Assembly: GCA_003971905.1 (NCBI GenBank)
Contig: RSEE01000136.1
Coordinates: 62,001-126,000, forward strand
Source: Moniliella sp. 'wahieum'
Taxonomy: Eukaryota
Direction: 5' to 3'
DNA length: 64,000 bases
This document shows positions 35,699 to 48,352 of the stretch, one piece after another (the stretch's first letter is position 1; every line of letters starts with the position of its first letter). A program made the position numbers and the translations under genes. The notes beneath the pieces are model-generated. The model did no database searches. It worked only from the letters and a program-made list of their open reading frames with translations, and was not told where the DNA came from.

Positions 35699-37949
35699 GG
35701 GCAGCGGCAAGAGACGGGACGCGGTGGGGAGGTGGAGGGGCTGGCTTGCCGGTGGACTGGGGACTGGGGGACTGGCGCTGGCGCAGGGACGGGGCGGCGC
35801 CGCTTGCTTGTGCTCGCACGCCCATCGAGCGGCGCTGCATCGGCATGGCTGCCCAGCTGAACATTCAATCTCGCATCCTCTGCACTCCTCCCACTGGCTC
35901 CGCGCCCGCCCGATTATTAATGGCCCCCCGCAGTCCGCCCCCCCAATTCCGCCCCATTCCATCCATCATGCATCATGCATCAACGATCAACTACCAACCA
36001 TCCCGCTCCACACACGCACAAGACCGCATCATTCGCTTCCGTTTCCCTTGCTGGCTCGCAGCAGGGAAAACAGCCGTGAGGGAGGTGGGGTTGGCTTCCA
36101 CCCTGGCTGCGCTTCCGCCATCAGGGAATGCATGGCCACACTCAGAGCTTACGGAGCCTAGAGACCATCAATCGACTGCACCCGCGAGGTTACTCGACGG
36201 CCGCTATGTCCTCCTCCGACTGACTTGCGCAGTGGCTGCCCTCGCCTTTTCTTACTCGTCCTGCAGTGAAGGAACTTCGCTTTGGATGTCAAGTACATTC
36301 GTTCGGACTGTATGGAATGGATACCTATAATCCAGAGGGAAGAGAGGCAATCGCATGGTGTACAACGCATGATGTGTGTAAGGGAGACAAGGGATTCAAG
36401 GAAGATCTATAACAGGGTCAGCCTCGTATATGTGTGAGCCCCGTCACTCCCACAGGTCGGCTTGAAGCCTTTGGGCCTCGATAGGGCCCAGACGAAATTG
36501 GCGAGGTTCTGGTAGCTTCCAACACCACCCGCCTTAGTTGATTTGTATATGATGCCCTCGGCGCCATCGCCGGTACCTTCTCTCTCGAGCATTTCTACCC
36601 CATTCTCCCAGAGCTCGGAACACTTAGCCTCACAGTGGTCCCCTCTCTCGACCGTTCCTGTGCCCCCTCGCGCTCCCACGCCTATAGAGAGTACACTATG
36701 TGCACTTACACCAACAGCATACTGCAAAAATCCAATGTGCCCGAGTCCCCCCAGCTTCGCGTAGTCCCGATTTACCCGGACCTCAATCTCGTTTCGGCTG
36801 TTCATACACAGCCAATATGAAGACCCTCTGCTTTTCCCACAGCGACTCGAAGCACAACCACTGACGTTCTACCGTACGGTCCCTCCTCTGGCTGGCTCGC
36901 ATCACCGGCCCTGACCTGCGTTATGAGGTTCGCGCCGCCTTTGTCGGGCCTCAGGGAGCGCGGTAGCAACTGTGAGTGGCACCTCAAAACTAATTGACCT
37001 CATCTCTTCATCGACCTTGATAACCAAAGAGTATGGTTCCACCTTCCCCAGCTCTATTGCACGGGTCCGCATCACGTGTGCCACGCGCCACGCGCCCTAC
37101 ATCAGTCCTCAAGAAGCTTGAGCTTGAAGTCTGAGATCTGAAGCATCCATCTCAAGCTTCTTTCTACAGTGAGCCTAGTGGGCGGGGGAGTAAGGGCGAA
37201 GCAGGGAAGTCAGGTGTCACATACGTCGCAGTCACCTGTCAGAGTTCCACTTGCGTTGAAGCTTGAAGAGTGGCAAGACGCCAGTTAAAATTAACCCCGG
37301 ATGAACGCTTCGCATCTTAGATCTTGGACACCATCCATCATCCATCAGCATCATCCGTCAGACTCCCCCCCCCCGCGCATTCCAGCAGCCAGACGTGTAA
37401 GACCGAGACCAAGTAACCTTCCAGCCAGAGCCTCACTACCATTTTGGTCGGCCACAACAAGCCATCGGTGTTTGTGCGTCCTCACTGGCAGCAGCTGTAG
37501 TACATCCTCTAGTCCTGTGGGCCAGCTGAGATGCCCACCATCAAGAGACTACGTTGGTTGCGGAGGCGCTAGTATATATCAGAGAAGAGACCATCCGCAC
37601 CCACCTCTCCTTTCTTTCTCCACCAGCAGTTCCTCCGATACCGTCGTCTTGGCCCGCGCCTCAACACCTCACAGCGTACGTGCTGGACTGGTCACTGTCG
37701 TTGGCGCCGTCGCCTTTCGACAGCTGGACACAGCTGCAACCACACTGGCTTGATTCTGCAGTACCCCGTCCGACTGTGACACCAATCGCCGAGAGACTAT
37801 AGGTGCTATCGTAGGGCGTGGGGTACACATGGCATCATTGTCACGGGGTAAGCATGTTGGAGCCCACTGGGAGGACTCCAAACAAAATATAGCACCGTGG
37901 ACCATGGTATACCTCCATCCCAATGAGGAAATGTGTGGGTTGGGGGGAG

Positions 37950-38158
37950 GGTGGGTGAGAGGTGAGAGTGGGAAGAAGAAGACAAAAAAGAAAAAGAAGA
38001 AAAAGAAGAAAAGAAGAAGAAAAGGATCCATAACGATGAGATATCCACCACAAAATTGGTAATCTGCGAAGCCCCTTGTCCTCCTCATCTAGAGGGGATC
38101 GAGGGCAGGGGATGAACGAACAAGCGAAAAAAGCAGAGGTCGAAGAAAAGACAACAGG

Positions 38159-38190
<32 letters not shown>

Positions 38191-38720
38191 AAGGAATGTG
38201 GTGCGCATGTTCCTCTGTCCAGCCTGGGATCGCGAGAAAACAGGAAAGCTCCAAGGGAGGGGAGGGAAGGGGAGGGGAAGAGCGGGAACCGAGGTGCCCA
38301 CTGGGGAAAGATCCAGTTGAACGTAAGTAAGCGGAGGCGATGTTGAACGTTTCCAACGGGAAAATGACGAGGTGAAAAAGCACGGCTCTGCCGAATATTG
38401 AGTGAGATGAACCATGCCATGTGTGCGGAAGCGAAAAATGGAGCGAGATGGATGTCCAACCGGGGACGCAGGAAAGAGTGTGGGGCCTCCTTGTAAAAAG
38501 TCCAGTGCATTCATGCAGGCAAGGAGGCAGAGGCAAAGACTGAGGCGAGCAGTGGAGATGCAAACGAAGAGAGAAAGACTGGGAACTTGAGAAGGAAAGC
38601 GATGCAAAAGAGAGAGAGAGAGAGAGCGAGGATCTTCATCTAGTTCCGCAAAGAGAATACCGATTCTGGCCATGCAGAGATGATACACCAAGGGTAGGAA
38701 ATAAAGAAAGTAACAGCAGA
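37950..38720. repeat. Purine-rich low-complexity tract with (A/G)-runs, (GAAAGT)n and (GA)n
   Basis: A/G-rich run at ~37970-38026, GAAAGT x5 at 38158-38192 and GA repeat at ~38610-38626. Confidence 0.7.
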
Positions 38721-38794
38721 GACAAAGTCAACCAGACCGATCGATACCATCGGTTCGAGGCGCTAGTCCATCAAGTCTACAGTCACCCGACCCG

Positions 38795-41090
38795 TCAAGG
38801 GCGGTGCTGCCGCACCGAGGCGGCGCGTAAGACTTGACAGTATTTGCCCGACGGTAGCCATTCTAGGTAAAACGCTCGGTCTTGGGGCGAGAGACGGCTG
38901 ACGTCTTGGGACAGATCGGCAATCAAGGAATGAGCCTGGGCTGGGGATACAGACAAAGAGGCAAGATGGTGAACAAACTTGCTTACCATTGCGCGTTCTT
39001 TACGGTCCGTAGGCGCCGTACAGTGGTCCAGACGGTCGGTAATCGTGACCTGCACTCCACGACGGTCGGAGCGCACCTTGGCTGCGATCCGGGTACGACA
39101 GACACAGCGAGCGGACTTGGCGTTACGATGGCCTTTTCGTTGGTCAGGAGAGGAATCCGAAGCGGGTTGTTCCCCTGTGGTTGTCGGGGCTACAATCGGG
39201 CAGATTCGCGCGAACGACAACAGGTGAGACAGGACGAGTACTCAATATGCTCCTCCTGCTTCCCCGCTTGACCACCGTGCGTTCCCAAATTCGATCCGTC
39301 TTGAACGGTCCGGCTGAAACCAGCTCATCTTTGAGCTCGTCCCAGTCGGCCACGTCAGTCAGGAGAAAAGAAAGTTTACGCGCGGAACGAGAAGTGCAAC
39401 GTTTGGGATCGCTTTGGCTTTGGGCGGCGGACTGTTGACCAGACGAAAGGGGGACGGCCTTATCAACCAACTGGGCCACCAGTTCCTTGGTCCAGCCTAC
39501 CCTCACAGAGGGAATAGGGGCCAAAAGCACGGTGCGTCCAGTTGAATGGGCAGACTCCTTCCCCAAGGATCCAGATGAGTGGGTACCCTGCCGGATAACG
39601 GGGGACGCCGTCCCGCTCTGCTCCACCTCAACCTCAACCTCAATCGAAGCTGACAGTCCAGATGAGGCAACGCGCAAGTCGTAATCCTTCCCTTTGTGTA
39701 GAAGCGGGAGCTTATCGCTGATCCACAGCTGTTTTACAGGACGATGCATCTGTCAGCGCGTTCCAATCGGGGCGAGAAGGTGAATGGGGTACATACGTCA
39801 CTGTTGTGCTGCGTACTAGTGCCAGGTACGTAGATCTTGCTACTTCCTGAGGATTGAGCAAGGGCAGAGGAACTGGTAAAGTCGGCTGCAACAGGCAACC
39901 CCCCAGCAGTTGTAGCGGTGGGCGTAGGAGGCAACCCTGCCCCTGTTCCCATCAGACGCGCCACTCCCACACCCGCGACGGAGGGGGGAGGCATGCCCGA
40001 CACTCCCAAGCCCATGGTGACCGTGGTGGGAGAGACAGAGGACGAGGAAGAGCCTACACTGCCGGACCGGAGTGGTTGAGGGTAAGGGCGAGAAGCGCTC
40101 CGATGCTGCCGAACTGGATGGGTTGACTCTTTCCCCGTGGAATGGGAGGCAGGGTTAGGATGGAGAACGAGGTGACGGTATGTGGCAGCAGAGACCAGGG
40201 GTGGGGTGGGCTGTTGGCAGCTTTGGGAAAAGCAGGGGCATCCGGGAGGTGAAACCTGTGAGGCTGAGCCCGAGTGGTGCAGACGAAGAAGGCTGGTGCG
40301 TAAAAAGCTGTGGTGGGGCGACAGCACCGCAAGTTGTCAAGGATGGGTCCACGATCCCGGGGCCTGGCTGCGATTGGTGGGGCGGGGTGAACGAGGTTCC
40401 AGTCAAGGGCGGGGACACAGGCCATGGAGTGAGTGTGAAGGTGAGAGGGCGAGAGGGAAGAAGGAGCTGAGACCAGCGGGGCCGGCCCACTGGGAATATT
40501 GGCTAGGGGAGGGGGATGGATGGACAATGGCTGAGTCCGGAAAAGGGGGGACCCGATGATAAAGGCGATGCGCTGGTCATGGGAGGGGCGGCAGTGACGG
40601 CGGTGGGTGGGTGGGCAAGCTCGGCTATGAAAGGCGCAGCTGTCGGCGCCAGAGAGAGGGCAGCGCTCGTGGCGGCCGCGTCGTTCGAGGACCAGAGCAA
40701 ATCAGTGTCAGTGCGTGGCACGAACGGAAGGAGAGGACCATGACGCAGAGCCGTCAATCGTCCAGCGAATGGAAAGGCACGAGAGAGGCGATAAGAGGGA
40801 AGGCAGGATGGGAACGGGGCGGGGTGCAGGCAAGGAGGGGGATGGGGATGGGGATGGCGATGGCGATGGCGAGCTAGCAGCTAGCGGCAACTTTGAGCGT
40901 CGAGCGAGTGTTGCGATGAGCGTGGTGACGGGATGGGGGATGGCAGTGGGTGTGGAGGGAGGGGGGGTACGGGCCAGCCGTAGGTGCACCAGCCAGGAGA
41001 AGGTGGTAGGGAGCGAGAGGGGAAAGCAGGCAAGGGAGAGGGGTGGGAGGGTATATGGACAGAGTGATGGTGGTGGACACGAACATTCAT
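38795..41090 (-). CDS. Hypothetical protein: Pro/Ser-rich N-terminus, C-terminal possible FAR1/WRKY-GCM1-like zinc finger
   Basis: Overlapping minus-strand ORFs (40757-40503, 40527-40054, 40327-39734, 39749-39144, 39220-38795). The last two join through an intermediate frame by adding one base in each of two homopolymers. Stitched sequence: IEYSSCLTCCRSRES..KSARCVCRTRIAAKV..VQVTITDRLDHC. Confidence 0.55.
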
Positions 41091-44000
41091 TGTGACATGG
41101 CCGGCTACAAAGGCTGTGAAGAAGGCCGGCGGAAGTGACGTTGGCATATGAGGGAAGTCGAGACGGAGAGCGAAGCCTGGCCAAGCCTACGATGCAGGGC
41201 GTGCCGCTTCGGCTGATTCAGTGGGTGGCGAATGGCTGCGCCTATGCCACTCGTCACTTGCAATGTGAGAGAGTGTGTGTAAGTCATCCACAGTCACAAT
41301 AGGCTGGCGGCACAGAGAGCAATAATGGAGTGGCGGCGCCAAGGTACGACGGCCATGGCGCCGGCTTGAGCGCAAATAGCGCCTAAGCGGTGGAACAGGA
41401 TGTGGCAGCCGCACGAGTAAGCTCCGTGCTGGGTGCTGAGGCTCAGCGCTGGGTGGCTCAGCCTCAACGCAACGCGCCCCGCTGCTCTCAGCGCGTGACT
41501 GGGGAGCGCGCCCGGGATCAGATCTCAGATCTCACAAGCCAGCAAGACAGCCGAGGCTCAGCCAAGCGCTCCGCGAGTGCCCAACCAACCCCACCCACCC
41601 CACCCAACCCAACCCGATTTACACCAGACGCACGCAAAGACAATTCAACGCAACACCACCACACCCAACGGGTTGCACATCTATGCTCTCTGCACATACA
41701 GCCAACCAGCGTACCTCCCCACCTACGGCCCCTCTTGCTCGCGCCCTGTCAGCCCAGTGCCGAGAGCGAGGGGGGCAGAGCGGCGATGCGCCCGGCCACA
41801 CGAAGGATACAAGGCCAGCAGACGAGGGGACGTTTTCGACGTGCAAATCCATGCCCCCCCACCGCACCAGCTGAGTGCCGTGTGCCTGGCACCCCCCCAC
41901 GCGTGCAGTGCCCTCCTGTGCCGCGGCCCGTGCCCACCGTACCAGGGCCCAATGTGGAGCAGCGCCGATCCGGCCTGGCCAACGCTATGTTCCGCACGGC
42001 AGACAGCGCTACTGCCGCGCAGCTTGTGCAGCGCTGGACTGGGTGCCACCGGTGACCGCCACGCTGTCACGCCTCCCGCGCCACAACGCACGCGGAATCT
42101 GTAACACTCGCCGTTGGAGCGCGTACTTATGCACCCTCTTGTACTGCCCCGGTCGCAGAGCTCAGAGCTTAGAGCGTAGAGCGTACACCGTAGAGCTCAG
42201 ATCGCCCAGCGCTAAGCGCTAATTGCGCGAATTATCAATTAGCTCAGACCTCCTCAGACCTGCACCCGCGCGCAATCCACACGATCGGCATCATCCATCA
42301 TGCATCATCCATCATCCATCAGCCATCCTCCACTTGCACAATCTTAATCATCAATCAGGCGTCCGCGTCACCGGTCACCACCCCGACGACCTGGGTTCCC
42401 ATACCAATGCTCCTGTTCGCGCCACCTCCAACGACGTCCACCCTGATCAGGCTGAGCTGAGGCTCAGCGCTGAGGCAGGTAGTGTGGAGGCAAACATATT
42501 GGTTCCGCACGTTCAACACGTTCAACCCATACACCTGTCCTGGTGGATCCTATCTGCCCCTGGCCGTCTATTTGGGGTACTCCGAATTGCTCTGCCGAAG
42601 GTTTTTTGGGTTTGTGCGTGGAGGTCCCGGTCCGTTACGCTGTCCCCGTCTCGCGTCATGTTATGCATCCTGTCTTGGACGGCCATAAGTGCAAAAGGGT
42701 CGGGCGATGCAAGTGAGATCTGAGAGCCAAGTACCTAGTACGAAAGGAAGCCAAGGATGCACTGGTCGAGGGAGGGAGAAAGGATCGGCGAAAAGCAGTG
42801 AGCTAGTGAGCTAGTGAGACCTGAGATTAAGATCAGAGAAGATGTACCTGATTAGCTAATAGGGCCGTGACAGCAAGCAGGACAAAGGAATTGGGGCCTG
42901 CTGTGTTGTGGCGACGTCCTGGTCCACTCGGCTACGAAGACCGCCATGGATGATGTGGCGTTTAGACAGTAGCGTAGACGATCGATTCGGGGCGAGAGAC
43001 AGACGTTGGTGGTACGAAGCAAGACGCGAGGGCTATAGGAGAAGGCTACTAGTCATTGGCTTAGGCACGCGCGCATCAGCAATCTTCGGAGCCCGCGGAG
43101 ACTCGGGGCTTGTGAGGCCGGAAGTGCACCAGGATCGGTGAAGCGAGTCACCGTCACAACAGTGTGGCCTGGTGTAGCCTGCCGTCGCACCCCGCCAATT
43201 TGCATCCCAGTCCAAAGCGCGAGCGACCCATGTCGGCCAGGGAAGAATGGAGCGGAACCGCAGCGTGGGTTTGAATGTGGCAGCAAACCGGGGTGGCAAC
43301 AAGTACGCATCTCCTCGCTCCGTCCGCGCCCAACGGAAAGCGACTACGGGCGACTATGTCCGAAGACTACCCAGTCCTATACCAGACCCTTCCCAGCCCC
43401 ACTCGCCGCCCGTTGCTTCCCTTCGCTGGTCTGTCTGTCTGTCCGGATGTACCATTCGAAGTCCCAATAAGGTTAGGGCTTGGCGCTGACTTGGATGTAA
43501 AGTCCGACAGACGCACAGCACTGCCATTGGCGGGACGCGGCGGCTGTTCTGGTCCTTGTCGGCCACATGTGTCATCCTTGTCACATGCCTGTCACGTGAC
43601 ACTGTATTTGGCCGGTGGGGAAGCGTGAGTACGTGTGACGTGTGAGACTCACTCACTCGGTTCTGAGTGCCAGTGGGGGAGGGGAGCGGAGCAGAGGGGG
43701 CGCGCGGCCGGGTGTTGATGGCATCGTTACTGCCCAGCTGCCGGCGCCACCGTTTCTCAAACGCCACTCTCTGCGCGCCCCTCCACTTGGCAGTACCGAG
43801 GACCAGACGACGGCGATTCAGAGGTGCTTTTGCTGAAGGGTGTGGATGTTAAGGGCCCAACAGCCAGCGGTCTGCATGCCCAGGAATGCCCTCCCCATCG
43901 CAGCCACCACTTCAAGCTTTAAGCTTCAAGTTCAAGCTTCAAGCTTCAAGTTGAAGCTTCAACCTTCCAGTTCAATCGTTTCCAGTGTCGCATACTAACT

Positions 44001-44857
44001 TCAAACCTCAAGTTTCAAGCTCTTCAAGCTGTTTATACGAATTCGGTGTTCTGACAAGCCTCAGTTCCTCCTCCACAGTCGCTTCAAACCCCCGATTGGT
44101 TTCCATTGAATTGGAGGATCAGACCGATCAGGGCAGCAGCTGGCACGAGGCACAGGCTGCCAGCCAAAGCGAGGCCAGATGCGCGCCCAGCGCCAGCACC
44201 CAGCGCCTAGGAACCACTGCTAGGAACTGTACCTACTTGCGCTTGGTGGGCGTTTTGAACGCTGGCGCTGACCCTCATGTGTTGGCTGCTGGGTTGGAGA
44301 TGTCAATAAAAGCCCCAGGCTGTGCATGATGCATGACCTGCATGATGGTTCGATGTTTGCTGATGGGTGCTAAGCTAATGCATAATGCGTAATGGATGAT
44401 GGCGTTGATGGCTTGGGAGTGGTTGGTGGGCAGGCCCGACGCGTGTTGTACGTAGTGCTTGGTGGCACCAAGTGGCTGAAGCGTCGAGTGGAGCAAAGAA
44501 GAGGAGTAGGCGGTGCTGTGTGGATGCGAGAAGCGCAAGGCAGCAGGCACCCAGCGGAATGGGCGCGCGGCGGAATGGCGTGGGAGCGAGCGAGTGGCGC
44601 GCAGAGATAGACGGGGCGGCGCTCGATAAGCACCGCCCCAGTGCGACGCACCCGTGTGGCGTGGCGTCGCCCCCAAGCACAAGAACAAAGCACAAAGCAC
44701 ACCAGCACAGGCCGTGCTCAGCGCCACATCACCCATGCATCACCCTCCATCCCGTGCATCCTAGGTTGTGCGGACGCCTCAGTGTCGCAGATACCCTCCC
44801 ACGCGGGCAGTCGTGCGCTCGGTCGCCAGACGCTCCGCACCAGCCAGTGTGCGCCCC

Positions 44858-45537
44858 ATGCATCCTGAGGCGTCTGGCGGTGTGAATCAGTCGCTACTCC
44901 GCCCGAGGGCTGGCAGGACAGGCAACACAAGCCCGCGTCGTTTCCATCTCCTCGCCGACGGGCTCGTCGGCCGCGACCATCCTCTTCTCCATCATCCTCC
45001 GCACCCACCTCCCCATGGCCTCTTGGCCAGGCCAGCACCAGCCGCAGCCGAAGCGCAAGCACTACACCAACACCAGCACCAGCGCCCCCCCCGCCCCTAG
45101 TGGACCAGCCACTCCTGAGCCAGGGAACGCGCGGGTGTGCGCTGGCTGCCACCGCCAGTGGCCGAGGGCGAGCGCGAGTTGATTTCGTTTGCGAATGCGC
45201 TGTGGCATGGCGAGTGTCTCAAGTGTGGGCGGTGTGCTGCCTCGCTCGCCCACGCGGGCGACGAGGCGCTGGTCTTGAGCAACGGCCAGCCACTCTGTGC
45301 GGGCTGTGTGTGTGCGTGCCAAATCTGTCACCAGGCCATCACCGACGAGGAGGCATCATGGCCGGCAACGATTCCTACCACGCCGCCTGCTTTGTCTGCC
45401 GCTCATGCCATCAGCCCATCACCGCCCTGGTTTTTGCCAAAGCGTCCAGTGGCATCTACTGTATGCCTTGCCACGAAGAGCGCGTAGCCAATCACAATCG
45501 CCAACGCGCTGCGCGCAAGCGTCAGCAGCAGCAGCAA

Positions 45538-45569
<32 letters not shown>

Positions 45570-48352
45570 GCAACAACAACAAAATCGCCGGCCACACCAG
45601 CAGCAGCAGCAGCAGCCTCAGCCGCCAGCCCCGCGGCAGGAGAGCGGCGCAGGTCGAGCAACGATGCAATCTCCGAACCGATGATGGGGCAGCAGCCCAT
45701 ACGCTCAACTGGATCGGATACCTCCCCTCTGATGCCGCATCTTTCCCCGCGGCCACCCATCATTACACACCCTCTTTTGAAACCAACCCGGGTCCCTACC
45801 GCCACGCCGAGAGGAGCGACAACCCTCCATTGGTTCGAGCTCCTCTCTCGTGTCCAAGTCCCGCCGCCCGTCCCAGCCGGCGTCCAACCCTGCTCCCATA
45901 CCTCCATCTGCCTCCCCTCCCCTGACCCCCTCCATTCCGTGAGACGAGATCCACGTTCTTCTCCCTCCTTTCTCCAGGAGCTGGATGCCGGCGAGACCCC
46001 GCTCGCCAGCCGGGCGCGTCTTGACCGGTCGAGGATCCGGCATCGATCCATGTCCAGCACCGATGACCTTTCTCGGCCTTCGACTTCGACCCAGACGCGC
46101 ACGGCCCGGCCTCGGGTCAAGAAAGTCCGTTTACCGGCTGGCTATTCCCTCGACTCGGGATCGCCTACCAGCGCGCTATTTGACCCGTCCGTGTCAGACA
46201 AGGAAAGTACCACCACCTCTATCTCCTCTGCCCCGCCGGCTGCACTTTCCTCTACAACGAATCTCAGCTTGGGGGGAAATCTAAACTGGACAAGGGTACT
46301 TCTTCGTTCCCACTCGCCTCCAGTGAACCCAAGTCAGCTCCCGCGCGTACCCGGACACAACATCGTCCGACATGGACGAAGGATCCTCGACTTAGAGCCG
46401 AACCTGCGTTTCTCTCTGGACAGGACCCCCGATCGGTCTTGCGCTCCGTACTGGCTTCTTCGGAGGGGGGGCTCGTTTCTCTCTCTGCAGAGATGGCCAC
46501 GCGGCTGCTGCACTGCTCCCCTCGCACTCGGGACGGGAGCGGCGGGTTCCGTGTCGATGGAGGAAGAGGTCGTGTCGCTGCGTGCCGAGGTACAGCGGTT
46601 GAAGTACCAGCGTCCAAAGAGCACATTCAAGAGAAACGTCATCGCGACTGGTACCGCACGTACGAATCCAATGCCCATGCCCAGCTGCGCGAGTTGGAAA
46701 AACGGTTGGCTCGACTGAAGAGTTCTGCGAGCTCAAGGCGTCCGAGCTGGCAGAGTAATGGCACGAGAGGAAAAGGGAAAAGCCCAGGGGCACGACCCCG
46801 CCCCTCCTCCGGTCGAACTGGAACGCAACTTGTCTCGTCGACTCGAACGTGTCTCCTCCAGCTTCCGCACCGAACTCGATTCGCTTTTAGAGCAGCGTGA
46901 TGCGATGTTAATTGAGGTGGAGGAGCTGGTTCAGAGCAAGGCATCTCTCCAAAAGGAAGGAGGAATTGTCCTTGTCCATTTCTGCTTTGCACAAAGAGAG
47001 GGAAGGGGAGCAGCATGCACTGGAACAGGCCAAGCTCGCCTGGCAACGCATGCGGTCCCTCCCTGACCCACCTGGAGAAGCACCTTCACCATCTTTGCCA
47101 TCTCCAGCCCCTTCTCCTGATCCGTCCCTGCATGAAGGAGGCAAGATGTTCCGTTGGATGCGAGGCACGGGCACCGGGCCAGCACCCTCGTTTTCCCTCC
47201 ACCCCAGCGCCGGCCATGTCGCATTCTCCCCGGGCCTCTCCCTTTCTTCAGCACGAGGTTAGGGATGCACCGCCTCAACCGGTCTTCCACCTCTCTCTCA
47301 ATTGGAGGGGGACTCTATTCGCAAGTGGGCGGATCGACTCCCAACCTATTTGCTTCGCATCCCAATGAGTCTGGTGGGGACTGTCCTTGGTGCCCACCCG
47401 GTCCCATGAGCGCAGTGGGTCCACGTCTGGCTTCCCCGTTCCATCCAAGGGAGGCCATGATCTGCACTCTTTTATCGCGGTCCGTCCCACCCGGTGTATG
47501 GTGTGCCAGCGAAGCATGTGGGGCCAGACGGAGGTACGATGCGCGTGGTGCAATGGCGCGATGCACCAGCGGTGTATGGAGGGCCAGGTTCCTTTTTGCC
47601 AAGTGGGCGAACGGGACGAGAGTTTACCCGCCATTCCTGCCCCTCCCTCGGCCTTGGTCGAAGACGGTGAACGCGGAGGAGCGCAGCAAGATTCTCCTGG
47701 GTTTGCTGTTCGATTGGCACCGACTTGTCCGTCCAAGCTGCGCTGGAGGGCGGCCTGGTCCCCCACATCCTGTCCAAATGCATCGAGGCAATCGAGGCCA
47801 CCGCGCTGCGTTCCGAGGGCATCTATCGCCAGACGGGCGGGTCGGGACAGGTGACGCTCATCACCTCCCTGTTTGAGCAAGGGTGCGAATTTGATCTGCT
47901 TGACTCGTCTCGGTTCAACGATCCCGATGCGATTGGGTCGGTGCTCAAGAACTATTTACGTGCTTTGCCCGTGGCTTATCCCCCCCCCACCCACGCCCAC
48001 CTGGTTTCTCTCCTCGAAGTTAGCCAACCGGACCTGGAGGAGGTGAGGGAGGCGGTTCGAACCCTTCCACCTGCCCACAAGGCTTCGGCTGCGCTTCTGG
48101 TGCGCCATCTCAACAATCCACCAAGCCAGGAAGGTCATCTGATGAATGCACGAAACTTGGGGACCGTGTTCGGACCCACCCTCTTCCGATCGCTCACTGC
48201 CGCCAAGAATTTGCGCAGATGGGACCCAATGCCCGGCTGGTTGAGTGTACGTTGTCTATCCTGTTGTCTCCTTCCTTTCGTTCCACTTACTCACGCACCT
48301 TTTGTGGCCAGTCCTCATTCTTCATCCGGATGTGTTTGACGATGATGTGTGA
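44858..48352 (+). CDS. Rho GTPase-activating protein with two LIM domains, polyQ, coiled coil and C1 domain (Rga1/Rga2-like)
   Basis: LIM: LWHGECLKCGRC..LCAGC and CQICHQ..YHAACFVCRSC..YCMPCH. C1: HDLHSF..PTRCMVCQRSMW..RCAWCNGAMHQRC. RhoGAP: VPHILSKCIEAIE..EGIYRQTGG..VLKNYLR..MNARNLGTVFGPTL. Terminal intron 48247-48311. Many frameshifts. Confidence 0.92.

Noticed and set aside
34013..35860. 615-aa + strand ORF
   Set aside because: Antisense shadow of the complex I 49-kDa gene, expected from GC-rich codon usage. No recognisable motifs.
36042..36110. Two adjacent hairpins separated by AAAACA (H-box-like), possible H/ACA snoRNA
   Set aside because: The hairpins are short, with no clear pseudouridylation pockets or correctly placed terminal ACA. 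It cannot be supported without an Infernal/snoRNA search.
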